NCBI GenBank assembly: GCA_964016885.1
Contig: OZ024749.1
Span: 27,218,001-27,282,000, forward strand
DNA from: Eledone cirrhosa
Lineage: Eukaryota
Length of the DNA: 64,000 nucleotides
Direction of reading: 5' to 3'
Part shown: piece after piece, positions 12,956 to 25,810 of the stretch
How positions within the stretch are numbered: position 1 is the first letter of the stretch
How the letters are laid out: each line of letters opens with the position of its first letter
Notes under the pieces: model-generated
What the model was told of the DNA's origin: nothing
The model's database searches: none
Seen by the model: only the letters and a program-made list of their open reading frames with translations
Position numbers and translations under genes: made by a program

Positions 12956-13198
12956 GTATATATATGTATATGTATATATATATATGTATATATATATGTA
13001 TATATATGTATATATATATGTATATATATATGTATATATATATGTATATATATATATATGTATATGTATATATATGTATATATATATATGTATATATATG
13101 TATATATATATGTGTATATATATATGTATATATATATATGTATATATATATATATAAGTATATATATATGTATATATATATATAAGTATATATATATG

Positions 13199-13229
<31 letters not shown>

Positions 13230-13348
13230 GTATATATATATATGTATATATATATATATGTATATATATATGTGTATATATATATGTATGTATATATATA
13301 TATGTATATATGTATATATATATGTATATATATATGTATATATATATG

Positions 13349-13381
<33 letters not shown>

Positions 13382-13496
13382 GTGTATATATATATGTATG
13401 TATATATATATGTGTATATATATATGTATGTATATATATATATGTATATATGTATATATATATGTATATATATATGTATATATATATGTATATATG

Positions 13497-13531
<35 letters not shown>

Positions 13532-13584
13532 GTATATATATATGTATATATATATGTATATATATATATGTATATATATATATG

Positions 13585-13615
<31 letters not shown>

Positions 13616-14079
13616 GTATATATATATGTATATATATATATGTATATATATGTATATATATATGTATATATATATATCGTATATATATGTATATATATAT
13701 GTATATATATATATCGTATATATATGTATATATATGTATATATATATGTATATATATATATCGTTAAATAATGAACTTTTTTTTTTTTGTTTAATATAAG
13801 GAACTGTTTCTTTGTTTTATTCATTATTTTTTTAATATTTTATCTTGACTGTATTCCGTTTATCTTTTACCGACAGTGATTTTTGAATGCATCTCTTCTT
13901 TCTATGATATCCGGATTACATTGAGTTCTTCATACGGATTGGACACTACCGTAAACTTTTATCTACATATCTACATATATATGTATATATATATATATAA
14001 GTATATATATATGTATATATATATATAAGTATATATATATATGTATATATATATATATGTATATATATATATGTATATA

Positions 14080-14127
<48 letters not shown>

Positions 14128-14172
14128 CATATATATATATACATATATATATATACATATATATATATATAC

Positions 14173-14216
<44 letters not shown>

Positions 14217-14259
14217 GTATATATATATATATGTATATATATATATGTATATATATATG

Positions 14260-14295
<36 letters not shown>

Positions 14296-14473
14296 AGTAT
14301 ATATATATGTATATATATATATAAGTATATATATATGTATATATATGTATATATATATATATGTATATATATAAGTATATATATATGTATATATATATAT
14401 AAGTATATATATATGTATATATATATATATGTATATATATATGTATATATATATATATATGTATATATATATG

Positions 14474-14504
<31 letters not shown>

Positions 14505-14653
14505 GTGTATATATATATGTATGTATATATATATATGTATATATATATATGTATATATATATATGTATATATATGTATATATATATATGTATATATGTAT
14601 ATATATATGTATATATATATGTATATATGTATATATATGTATATATTTATATG

Positions 14654-14684
<31 letters not shown>

Positions 14685-14711
14685 GTATATATATATGTAT
14701 ATATATATATG

Positions 14712-14742
<31 letters not shown>

Positions 14743-14919
14743 GTATATATATATGTATATATATGTATATATATGTATATATATATGTATATATATGTAT
14801 ATATATATGTATATATATATGTATATATATATATATGTATATATATATGTATATATATATGTATATATATATGTATATATATATATATATGTATATCTAT
14901 ATATATGTATATATATATG

Positions 14920-14985
<66 letters not shown>

Positions 14986-15009
14986 TATATATATATATGT
15001 ATATCTATA

Positions 15010-15042
<33 letters not shown>

Positions 15043-15115
15043 CTATATATATGTATATATATATATGTATATATATGTATATATATATGTATATATATAT
15101 ATATATATGTATATC

Positions 15116-15170
<55 letters not shown>

Positions 15171-15230
15171 GTATATATATATATGTATATATACATATGT
15201 GTATATATATATATATATGTATATATATAC

Positions 15231-15266
<36 letters not shown>

Positions 15267-15267
15267 G

Positions 15268-15300
<33 letters not shown>

Positions 15301-15302
15301 GT
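11220..15302. repeat. ~4-kb (TA)n/TATG microsatellite block with a short unique island at 13760-13965
   Basis: Direct reading; the long Y/I/M/V ORFs here are artefacts. Confidence 0.95.
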
Positions 15303-15768
15303 ATCATCATCATCATCATCTTCATTTAACGTCCATTTTCCATGCTAGCATGGCTTAGACGGTAGTTGTCCCGCTTGAGGCAAGGCTAGTCGGGTGACCG
15401 TGTTTCGCTCATATAGGACTATCTGGCAGGTTTTCTACGGCTGGATGCCCTTCCTAACACCAACCACATTTATAGTGTTACCTACACGGCCACATTGCAG
15501 CGTGGACTGTGTTTTTTTGTCGGGACACCTACACGATCTCGATCTCATTTTCTCGTGCTGTTGGTGGGAGTGGGAGGAGAGGGTAGAGGTAGTGTATTGG
15601 GGTGTATATTTGGTCAAGAGGTGCCTACTGATTCTAGGTTTCGCTTTGTACATAGGCAAGGCAGGTCTTCTGTATTACTGCGTAGCGCCAAAGATCTCGG
15701 TCCAGAGACATTGTCTTGGAGAGATGTAAGTGTGTGAGGTCGGAATTTATTAGATCATCCCAGGTTTT
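15303..15768 (-). mobile_element. RTE LINE 3' end
   Basis: KTWDDLINSDLTHLHLSKTMSLDRDLWR matches 63030-63150; (CAT)n tail. Confidence 0.8.
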
Positions 15769-15803
<35 letters not shown>

Positions 15804-15837
15804 GTTTATGTATATATATATATATATGTATATGTAT

Positions 15838-17170
15838 ATAACGAAGGAAATGTGGTAAGGAACCAGGTGGACCATAACGCACCAAAGTACTCAATACTTA
15901 GGGTAGTAGAGTGGGTAATAGGAACCAGTAAGACCCCGACGGCTGAGCTCAAGCCGTTTCGACGGCTAATTCTGGACTAAATGAAAATTTATCCTCGTAT
16001 TTAAATAGCCGAGCTTCTCAAGGGGTAATTCCATATATGGTCAAAGTGATTGTCACAAGGATTGGTCACAAGTTAGTAGTAATTCTGTGATGGCAAATTA
16101 GTGGGGGAAGGGGTAGCTAAACCTGCCAGTAGGAGAAGGGGAGGGGGTGGGGTAGACCCATTCATGCGTTGGTAGTGCCGGCTACAGCTGGGCGTGAGGT
16201 CAAAGAAGATACTAGGGAGGGGAGGGGGAGGAAGTCGAAACGGTAAGTAGAACAAAGGGTAAAAATATATTAAAAAAATACTGAGAGTGATAAAAAGCGA
16301 ATAAATGTAAAGAAAAAAATAAGCAATTTCTACGACCTAAGAAATAAATAAAAAATAAATAAATAAATGAATAAATAAATAAATTTAAAAAAAAAAAAAT
16401 AATAAATAAACTAGGTGGGACGGAGTAAGAATGGACCCTTTTAAGAGGTATAAGTACGTATATCATACAGTGATGGGTCAACGGGGGGGGGCAAAATACT
16501 AAAGAAACTACCACAAAATAGTTAATAAAGTTTTCTACCCCTGGCACAAGGCCAGCAACCACCCAGTGCAGAAAAGTAAACTAGTACGAAATAATAATTC
16601 AGAGTCCCCAAAAAAATATACTAATGCTAACTCTAAGGGTACCGCCACGCTACAAAAGTTCTTATACAAGCTACATGAAAATTTGTACGAAATAAAAGTA
16701 AAATACGGAAAATTAAGTCAGAATCCCCCCCGCCCTAAAGAAAGGAGAGGAAAGAAATACTGAATAAACGAGAAATTAAAGCAAGGATGCCACTAAGAAA
16801 TAGAGAAGGCACGGAAAAAAAGGGGCAGCAGTCGGATAAGGGGGCAAGAATCCGAGGTCTAACACAACTGCTATAAAAAGCGGAGTCCGCCAAATCTATC
16901 ATAGAATAGGGGAGGGGGTGGGGGTACTGAGGCTACAAGGGCCGAGGGGCTGCCTCGGGTGGGCGAGAAAAATACGCCGACAAAGAAAAAGAACGGGTAG
17001 AAGGACTAGGGAGGGATGGGGGGAAGAAGGAAATATAGAGGAAGCGATAAAAGAATATAAAAGAAGATCTTACGTCTCCCTTGGCAAGCAGGGGTTACCC
17101 GTTACAAAATCGGCAAGTGGGCTATAACACCCCACTTGCCGATTATTACATATAAAAGTTTACATATATA
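15838..17170 (-). mobile_element. ~1.3-kb non-coding element in (TA)n carrying a U3-A8 hammerhead and a 14-bp hairpin (putative Penelope-mobilised non-autonomous element)
   Basis: No credible ORF; hammerhead at 15933-16026; second truncated and inverted copy at 7340-7530; (TA)n on both sides. Confidence 0.6.
15933..16026 (-). ncRNA. Type-I hammerhead ribozyme, U3-A8 core variant
   Basis: Minus strand: ACCCC-TTGAGAA-G.CGGCTA...TAGCCG.C-GAAA-CGGCT tgagctc AGCCG-TC-GGGGT; GUC cleavage triplet. Confidence 0.7.
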
Positions 17171-17184
17171 TATACATATACGTT

Positions 17185-17939
17185 TATAGACATGTTTTAT
17201 GATATATAGCTCTGATTATTTAATTTATTAATTTTTCATTGAGCCACAAAGTGACCCGTCGCAAAACACATATATATATATATATATGTAAACTTTTATA
17301 TGTAATAATCTCCCATTAGGTTGAGATACAAATTTGGCTGTATTGTGCTGTGCTTTCTAGCAAAAATGCCACCGGTCGTAAGCAACTACCACACCCTTCC
17401 AACCTGACCGCGACTACGTCACGATTCTTAGCCATTTTGAATGAATTCTTGGCGCGATCACTTTGGAAAATTGAGTGTATAAGAGCAAATCTCCTGATGA
17501 ATCCGGTGCTCGAGTTTATATAATTATTACATAATTATTGGAAAACTCAAAATGCGGATGAAACCATGGTAGAGGTATTTAAATGTATTCTATTTTCTCC
17601 TAGTTTATTTTACACCTAATTCTGTTTAGTTGACTGTATCTGGGCGATTACGCTGTCGAAATATTCGATAAATATTCCGTTGCGGCCGACACGAAGGGCT
17701 AGTTTCGGTTATTTGTCGGAGATTTCTTCATAGAAGCCTCATTCTTATAGCCTGGTCTATTCGATTTTTTATATAGTTAATTATGCTAATTGGGAGAGGA
17801 AATGGTATATATTTTATCTTGTGATTCTATAGACATGTTTTATGATATATAGCTCTGATTATTTAATTTATTAATTTTTCATTGAGCCACAAAGTGACCC
17901 GTTGCAAAACACGTATATGTATATATATATGTAAACTTT

Positions 17940-17943
<4 letters not shown>
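17185..17943 (+). mobile_element. Retrozyme-like non-coding element: ~640-nt unit with ~115-bp terminal direct repeats and an internal hammerhead
   Basis: 17185-17302 is nearly identical to 17828-17943; hammerhead at 17487-17580; (TA)n flanks. Confidence 0.7.
17487..17580 (+). ncRNA. Type-I hammerhead ribozyme with palindromic stem III
   Basis: AAATCTC-CTGATGA-ATCCG...CGGAT-GAAA-CCATGG-TA-GAGGTATTT. Confidence 0.85.
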
Positions 17944-17970
<27 letters not shown>

Positions 17971-18007
17971 GTATATATATATGTATATATATATATATAT
18001 ATATATA

Positions 18008-18896
18008 CAGGGTGTGGACGATATTCGTTCGCAATTTTCAACTGTTAATTTTATGTAAATTTTTTTACTTCCGTTGTCACTCTTGTCTTCATAAAAACAG
18101 TGACTATATTTCCATTATTTATTTTCAGAATAATTGATTATGAATAATTTTGAACCTCCAAATTTGTGGAAGAGACACGGAGTTCTTCTTGGAATCCATG
18201 CCGGGAGGACAAATAAGGACCAGAAGATCAACTCCCAGAACAACAGGTGGCTCGCTGTCTCATCCAAAGACGTGCCCAGAGTCATGCAGACAAAGTTTCC
18301 AGCGACAATATTGGTCTTAGGTGTCGTCAGCAGTCAAGGTGACGTCATGCCACCTCACTTCTTCCCTGAGGGCCTCAAGCTGAACACCGATAGCTACATC
18401 CGCGTTCTGAGCGAGGTAGTAAAGCCCTAGATCGACCAGGTAGCTGCAGGTAGGCTGTACGTGTGGCAGCAAGACTCAGCGCCCTGCCATACCAGCCGAA
18501 AAATCCAAGACTGGCTGTCAGAGAACTTCGTCGACCACACTTCACCTGACATCTGGCCTCCCAGCTCGCTTGACTGCAACCCCTCGACTTTTTTGTGTGG
18601 CGCAGTGGAATGAGACACCAACAGATCTAGCTGCAATACGAAAGACGATCTCAAGGCCAGGATCATAAGTGCCTTTAGGGGCCTAAGTCGGGGGACAGTG
18701 ACAAAGGCCCCTAGCCGGTTCCGAGGCCACCTTGAGGCCGTCATCAAAGCCAATGGCAGGTTTATCGAGTGAGATCGAAAGAACAAGTCATGAAGACAAA
18801 CTGCTCCAAGTTTGATAAATATATCTTAAAAAATAAAACTACTGTGTTACTTTTTTCTAGACAGTAATCTTGCGAACAAATATCGTCCGCACCCTG
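18008..18896 (+). mobile_element. Internally deleted Tc1/mariner element, maT (DD37D) type
   Basis: 27-bp TIRs CAGGGTGYGGACGATATTYGTTCGCAA; TA TSD; WQQDSAPCH...WPPSSLDCNP(L)DF gives D37D after correcting a 1-nt frameshift. Confidence 0.88.
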
Positions 18897-19212
18897 TATA
18901 TGTGTGTGTATATATGCGTGTGTGTGTGTATATATATGTGTGTGTATATATATATGTATGTGTGTATGCATATATATATGTGTGTGTGTATATATATATG
19001 TGTGTGTATATATATATATGTGTGTGTATATATATGTGTGTGTGTGTGTATATATATATATGTGTTCGTATATATATATGTGTGTGTATATATATATATG
19101 TGTGTGTGTGTATATATATATGTGTGTGTGTATATATATATGTGTGTGTGTGTATATATACATATGTGTGTGTATATATATATATATCTGTGTGTGTATA
19201 TATATATATATA

Positions 19213-19248
<36 letters not shown>

Positions 19249-19323
19249 TACCTATATCTGTTTGTCTACAACTCTATCTAGTTGCCTATATATCTGTATA
19301 TATCTACCTGTCTATCTATCTAG

Positions 19324-19444
19324 ATACTGGCTACACCAATTGCAATGATCAGTAAATCTCTCCAGATATATGACTTACACAAATCCAAAGATGTTGGTCA
19401 ATTAAGCCTCACTAGTTGGGTCATGACGACATGTTGTACAATAG
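19324..19444 (+). CDS. SLC66A3: PQ-loop protein, coding exon 5 (ILATPIAMISKSLQIYDLHKSKDVGQLSLTSWVMTTCCTI)
   Basis: TAG acceptor and G|GTATTA donor; second PQ-loop-like SKxxQI and GQLS motif of the PQLC3/MPDU1 family. Confidence 0.85.
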
Positions 19445-19949
19445 GTATTAAACACTATTACTTTCTCACATTTTAATCTTTTCAATTTATTTTCAAATTC
19501 TAATGTGTGGGTGGGGGGAGGTGAGCATTGCCTGAATGAATGGGCTCGCTCTGAGTGTGTGTCTGTAAATGGGAGGAGGACAACTGGGACAGGACACCCA
19601 TGGTATTATTGGATTTTTCCATGAGCAGCCCTCAAATGTCTCTTCCCTTCCCTATTGAGGAATTCCCATTGTTAAATATTTTTATTGTGACATTTTTTTT
19701 TTACTATTATTAAACCTGTTAACAGGCAAAACCCAAGCACCAACACACACATTTTCGTCCTGTGCCACCTAATGTTTTCTTAATGTAAACCTTTTGTGGT
19801 CCCCCTTGTTGGGGAATTTTTTACTTTGTTTCCATTTTTTTACATCCTTTGTTTTTCTTGCATGTTTTGTTTTTACATGCAGAAGTGCTCATTTGTACCA
19901 TCCTGTGCTATCCTTAATGTCAACCTTTGTGCATCATTACTGCTTTACT

Positions 19950-20172
19950 GAGCACAGTTCTGTGCACCTTGTCTGTGAGCATTGTAGTTTTTGCTGATGT
20001 TGTTTCTATTGAAATGATAGTACTTTTCGTAATATGTGTGCAGTGCCTAATAGTGCTATTTTTTGTATGCTGTATATATTTGTAAGTCCTAGGGTTTTGG
20101 TTATGTATTTGTCTGGTTTTTATTATCATTCCTAGAGCACCTATTATAGGTATTGTTTCTGTTTTCATTGTC
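19950..20172 (-). mobile_element. R4/Dong-like non-LTR 3' fragment (restriction-like endonuclease end)
   Basis: KTETIPII(I)GALGM...IQKIALLGTAHILRKVLS*. Confidence 0.7.
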
Positions 20173-20207
20173 CTATTATCATCATTTCTCTTCTTTTTCC
20201 TCCCTAG

Positions 20208-20344
20208 CACGTCTTTCAACATCAATCTTTGAGACAGGTGACCTCGCAGTGTTAAGCAATTATGTGTGTAGCCTTCTGTTAAACTTGGTTTTGATGTCAC
20301 AGATAATTTATTATGGGAGAAGCAACAAAGAGAAAGTCCCATGA
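20208..20344 (+). CDS. SLC66A3: PQ-loop protein, last coding exon (ARLSTSIFETGDLAVLSNYVCSLLLNLVLMSQIIYYGRSNKEKVP*)
   Basis: Pyrimidine tract plus TAG; ARxxTSxxETGD...N...QI motif of the MPDU1/PQLC3 family; total CDS 615 nt = 204 aa. Confidence 0.85.
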
Positions 20345-20445
20345 GAAAAGACAAAGAGATTTAAAGAAGAAAACAAACACTCATTACCTAAGATAAATTT
20401 ATCAAAAAACAATCGCCTTGTTATAAAGCATTGAGCAAATTTGGA

Positions 20446-20700
20446 TTTTAAAAGTATGTTAGCTTATTGAAAGCTGTTGCAACGACGGTTTGACTATAAG
20501 ATAGTTGAATAACTTGGGCATATAAACCCTTAGAGATGGAGGGAAAAGGGACAGAGTCGCCTATTGGAAATAGACTTGCCTCTGTCGTACATCAGCTATT
20601 CTGACCACTTTTTTTTCCATCTCTAAGAGATTAAATGTTTGACTATTTTATAGTTGAACCTGTGTTGCAGTAGCTTACAATAAGCTAATATACTTTAAAA
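20446..20700. repeat. Foldback/MITE-like inverted repeat (~90-bp imperfect arms), probably in the SLC66A3 3'UTR
   Basis: AAAGTATGTTAGCTTATTGAAAGCTGTTGCAAC... versus ...GTTGCAGTAGCTTACAATAAGCTAATATACTTT. Confidence 0.75.
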
Positions 20701-20869
20701 GAAAATGCATATAATATATGGAAGATATTCTGAAATCTCAAGTGACTTCATATAAATATCAATTCTTAAGTAAGTTATCGAGAGTTATCGAACTTGCCTT
20801 TATCTATTATTTTAAAAAAATGATAAACAAGGGAGACAACTGCTGAAATAATTTCCTCATCTGATCGTG

Positions 20870-21335
20870 ACAGGGTTGGAGACCATGCTTTGCAAAATAG
20901 AGTTACGGCTCTTTACGGTTTGTGTTCAAATCCCGCCGAGGTTAAATTTGCTTTTCATCCATACGGGGGTCCATAAAATAAAGTACCAGTAATGCACTGG
21001 GATAATTGCTGGCCTTGTGCCAAAAGTAGAAACAATTATTTATTATAGACCATATAACTTATATAAATATATGAAATAGAGAGTGAGAGATACACTTATA
21101 TATATTGGCAGTATTGGTAGAACGTCGGACAACATGCTTTGTGACATCGAGTTACGGCCCTTTACGTTCTGACTTCAAATCCCGCCGAGGTTAGCTTTGC
21201 CTTTCATCTTTACGGGGTCGATAAAATAAAGCACTTTTCCACGGGATTTTCCCATCTTTTCCTGGGCTTTTCCTTTGAATTTCCCTCGTTTTTCTGGACA
21301 AATTTGTTGGGATTGTGCCTAAATCAGAAACCATT
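20870..21335 (+). mobile_element. Two tRNA-derived SINE copies
   Basis: Same B box and Meta-like domain as 38045-38458. Confidence 0.75.
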
Positions 21336-21345
21336 ATTAAGGAAT

Positions 21346-21491
21346 GTACTACAATGAAGCCACACAAGGAATAAATGTTTCATTGGTTTGAGGACCAAAT
21401 TTTCTCTAAAATATTCGCTAAGGGCACAGATTGAAAGTTGGTCCTCGAAATAGACAAAACGTATGTCCCTGGTATGGCTTCATTGTAGTAC
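21346..21491. repeat. Foldback MITE-like hairpin (~57-bp arms)
   Basis: GTACTACAATGAAGCCA...GAGGACCAA / TTGGTCCTC...TGGCTTCATTGTAGTAC. Confidence 0.8.
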
Positions 21492-23011
21492 TGGCCGTAA
21501 TAATATTAAGACTCACCCTACGGACTTGAGTTGCTCTATTCCTTGCATGTTTCTGTCAAGTTATTACCACACTGCATATATATATATATATACTCTCTAA
21601 GATAATGTCACTGGACTGAGATCTTTGGTGCTACGCAGTAATACAGAAGACCCGCCTTGCCTATGCATAAAGTGAAACCTACAGTCAGTAGGCACCTCTT
21701 AACCAAATAGACACCCCCATCCCACTACCCCTACTAAAACCCTGCCAGAGACGCTTCCGTGCGAGGGAGACATGGTCTCCCAACCATTCCCACATCAAAT
21801 GGAACAAAACCGTCTAACCTATGTTAGCGTGGAAGATGGATGTTAAACGATGATGATGATATATATATATATACACCCATGTGTTATTGATGGACATGAG
21901 AGTGAATATTCAATACCAAAGTAGGTTTAAATATTCTTTAATATGACTAAGTGGTGAAACTCCAGAGCAACAACAATCAAAACTTAGCCATAATAAAGAA
22001 TACACACACACACACATGACAACCTCCCTAGTTTTTATTATTTATACAATAAACGCACACAGTATATGCTGTAAAATGTTAGTGATTGGTGGTAGGAAGG
22101 GCATCCAGCCATAGAACTCTTGCAAAACAAAGGGTTGGGTGGACCTTCAGCTGTGTCAAAGGCATGACAACCTCTCCTCAACACTTGATAGAATGTGAGA
22201 CCATACATAAGCACACAGGTCCCTGACCTGCCTGAGAGATCAGTGTCTTCACTTCAGGGGTCCATCCAACCTTGCTAGCAGGGAAAGCGTACATTAAAAC
22301 GATAATGATGATGATGGTATATCTATATGTGTGTGTGTATGTAAAAGTTCTCCCTTTCGGTTAGTGTTTTCGATGCTCAGAGAGTGGAATTTGTCGAGTG
22401 TAAGGCCTTTCCCCACTTTAAAAACTTTGTTCAGGATATGTTACAGGCTCATGTGGCTGGCCGTAGCCTAAAAGTACACCAAACTCTATAATCTGACAAG
22501 CAATTGCAATAGTCTTAGCAGAGTTTGCAGCCATCATGCAAAAGGTAAACAGAAATAACAACACAATTGGTACAGTATATGGAGGGAATATATTATTTTA
22601 ACGCCTGAAATAGCAGGAAGATGTATAGGAAAACAATGAATTGCAGATAGGAATAAAGACAGTCATGAATGTTGTAAAGAGAAATGGAATAAGACGGTTG
22701 GGTCATGTGTTGAGGTAGGATGAAAGTAATTCACTAAGAGGAGTGATGAGAATACATGTGGAAGAAAGTAGAGGAAGAGGAAGACCAAGAAAGACATGGC
22801 TGGGGGGATGATGAAGGAGGAAATGAAAGGAATACAGTTAATAAGCTAACACCTGATTTAGCAAAGAAGGCCTATTAAATGCTTGTTGATGTTATTGTAT
22901 CGCTTGTAAACATCACTCCTGTATATTGGCAATTTAATGATGATTTCTAATTTAGGTACAAGGCCAGCAGTTTGGGGGGGGGGGGGGGGGGGTTAAATAT
23001 TAATCATATCA

Positions 23012-25810
23012 TATTAAGCTTAGATTAGTTGTAGGTAGGAGACTACTGACAATCATCTCTGCCTATGCTCCCCAAGCAGGCAAAGAAGAGAAAGACTGCT
23101 TTTACGAGCAACTTTTACAAACAGCCGCAATGACAGAGGACGGAGACATCATTATGCTAGCAGGGGACTTCAATGGTCATGTTGGACAGCTCCAGGTTGG
23201 TTACACTGGGGAACATGGTGGGCACAATTACGGCTCAAGAAATGAAGGAGTGAGACTTCTTGAATTTTGTGATGCAAGTACACTAACTATTTGCAACACT
23301 GACTTCCAGAAACCTGCCAAATACCTAATAACCTACAAATCAGGCGAGCACATAAGCCAGATTGACTTCTTACTAGTTAGGCAGTGAGACAGGCAGATGG
23401 TGTCAAATACTAAGGCATACCCTGGAGAAGAATGTACCCCACAGCATAGGTTAGTCGTTAGTGATATCTCAGTAAGCAAGAGATGGAATGAGTCACACAG
23501 GAAGGTGTGGAGAAGAGAGGTCTGGAAGCTAAAAGACCTTTCACTAAAATACAAATTTAGGAAAGCCCTTCAAGATGTGTATGACGAAAAAGAAGACGAT
23601 TTAGAGACGTATGACATGGATAATAACTGGAATTTCTTACGTGACAACTTACTGCAGGCTACTGATGAAACTTGTGGCTGGAGCAGAGCTCCAACCAGAC
23701 AGAGAGTGACTTGGTGGTGGAACATCACAGTAGATAAGGCCTTTTAGAGACAAAAGACTAGCATGGAAGGCTTGGAAAAAGGGTGGGAGTAGAGAAGGAT
23801 ATACAGCTGCTAAGAGAGAAGCTAGACGTCAAGTGTACTTAGCATGCAGGGAGGCTGAGAGTAGGAGGTTTGCCAATGTTCTGCAACGGGAAGATCAGAG
23901 GTGTGCAGTGTTCCACGTTGCAAGGCAGTGTGTCAATGCAAATCAGGATGTTATTGGAGATAAATGTGTCCGGAATGATGCCGGTGTACTTAGTGTCATG
24001 AATGATCAGAAAAAGGAGGCCTGGAAATATCATTATGAGAGACTGATGAATGTGGAGAACGAATGGGAGAGAGAGAAATTACCCTCCGTAGATACAACAG
24101 AGGGACCAGCTATTGAGATTGACGAATATAGGGTCAAAGAGGCAATTCAGGAAATGAAAAATGGTAAGGCCTGGACTGTCGGGGATAGTTGCTAAGATGC
24201 TGAAGGCATCAGGGGATGTAGGCACTAAACTGGTTGCATGCATCATCAATCAGGCTATATATGGTAGTGTCATACCCAAAGACTGGTGCAGCAGAGCAGT
24301 ATTCTCGTAAATTGCTACAAAGGTAAAGGGGATGCTCTGGAGAGGAGCAATTATAGGGGTATAAAACTGATGGATCAGGTTATGAAAGTAGCAGAAAGGA
24401 TATTAGCACAACTAATTAGAGGAAGGGTCAAACTAGATGAGATGCAGTTTTGTTTTGTGCCTGGAAAAAGTACAACAGATGCCCTCTTCTTGGTGAGACA
24501 ATTACAAGAGAGGTTCTTAGAGAAGAATAAGCCACTATACTTAGCCTTTGTTGACCTAGAGAAGGCCTTTGATAGGGTACCCCAATCTGTCATCTGGTGG
24601 TCACTAAGGAAACTAGGTGTTGAGGAATGGCTTGTGAGGACTGCAAACTTTGTACAGAGGTGCTGTCAGTAAAGTCAGGGTAGGAATAGAGTTTAGTGAG
24701 GAATTCCAGATACAAGTAGGAGTACATCAAGGTTCGGTCCTCAGCTTGCTCTTGTTCATTATAGTCCTCCAAGCCATAACAGAGGAGTTTAAGACTGGCT
24801 GTCCATGGGAACTTCTCTATGCTGATGATCTGGTTCTTATAGCAGAATCAGTAGAGCAGCTAGAGAATAAATTCTGGCTATGGAAACAGCAGTTGGAAGC
24901 AAGAGGACTGAGAGTGAACCTAGCTAAGACAAAAGTGTTGAGTAGAAAAGAGGACAAAAATCTGATTCCATCAGGGAAATGGCCAGGTTCGATATGCAGA
25001 AAAGGAACTGGCATAAATTCTATAAAATGCATACAATGCAGATCCTGGGTACACAAGAGATGTAGTGGGATAGCAGGCAAACTAACAGGTAGGGATAACT
25101 ACATATTCAGTAGATGTACAGAGAAATTAGACAGTAGAAGTTGCATTGATAGACACATTTTTCAAATGCAGGCGGGTGCTATAGAAGTCGTGGATAACTT
25201 CCGGTACCTAGGAGATCAGATTAGCATGGGAGGGGGTGTTCCGAAGCCATAGTATCTAGAATAAGGATGGGTTGGAAGAAGTTTAGGGAGCTACTTCATC
25301 TGCTGACGAAGAAGGGTTTCTCCCTGTGTACGAAAGGCCGGTTATATGATGCCTTTGTGAGAAGTGCGATGCTGCATGGTAGTGAGACATGGGCAGCAAC
25401 TGCAGAGGATATGCCATGGCTGGAGAGAAATGAGGCAAGCATGCTCCGTTGGATGTGCAATGTCAATGTGCGTCAATGACCCAGCATGAATGTGTTGAGA
25501 GAGAAACTGTGTCTGAGAGGGATAGAATGTAGTGTGCGAGAGAGGAGACTGAGGTGGTATGGACATGTGATGCGCATGGAGGATGGCCAATGGGTGAAGA
25601 AGTGGCAGGAAATGCCAGTTGAAGGAAGACGTGGTAGAGGTAGACCACAAAAAACATGGGCAGAGGTGGTGAGAACAGACCTCAGATTGCTGAAGCTCAC
25701 AGTGGAGATGACGAAGGACCGTGACAAGTGGAGAGATGCTGTGCTGAATAGGACCCGTTCCACCCTTGCAAGCAGGGAAAAGCGGACGTAAAATGATGAT
25801 GATGATGATG
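23012..25810 (+). mobile_element. Long decayed RTE LINE (APE endonuclease, RT, PHD-like Cys insert, (ATG)n tail)
   Basis: SAYAPQ, GDFNGHVG, SQIDF, QHRLVV, DLEKAFD, YADD, CxxC..WVHKRC, RRLRWYGH; several stops and frameshifts. Confidence 0.93.

Noticed and set aside
11057-15358. Very long ORFs (up to 645 aa) of Y/I/M/V/C
   Set aside because: Translations of (TA)n/TATG microsatellite, which lacks stop codons
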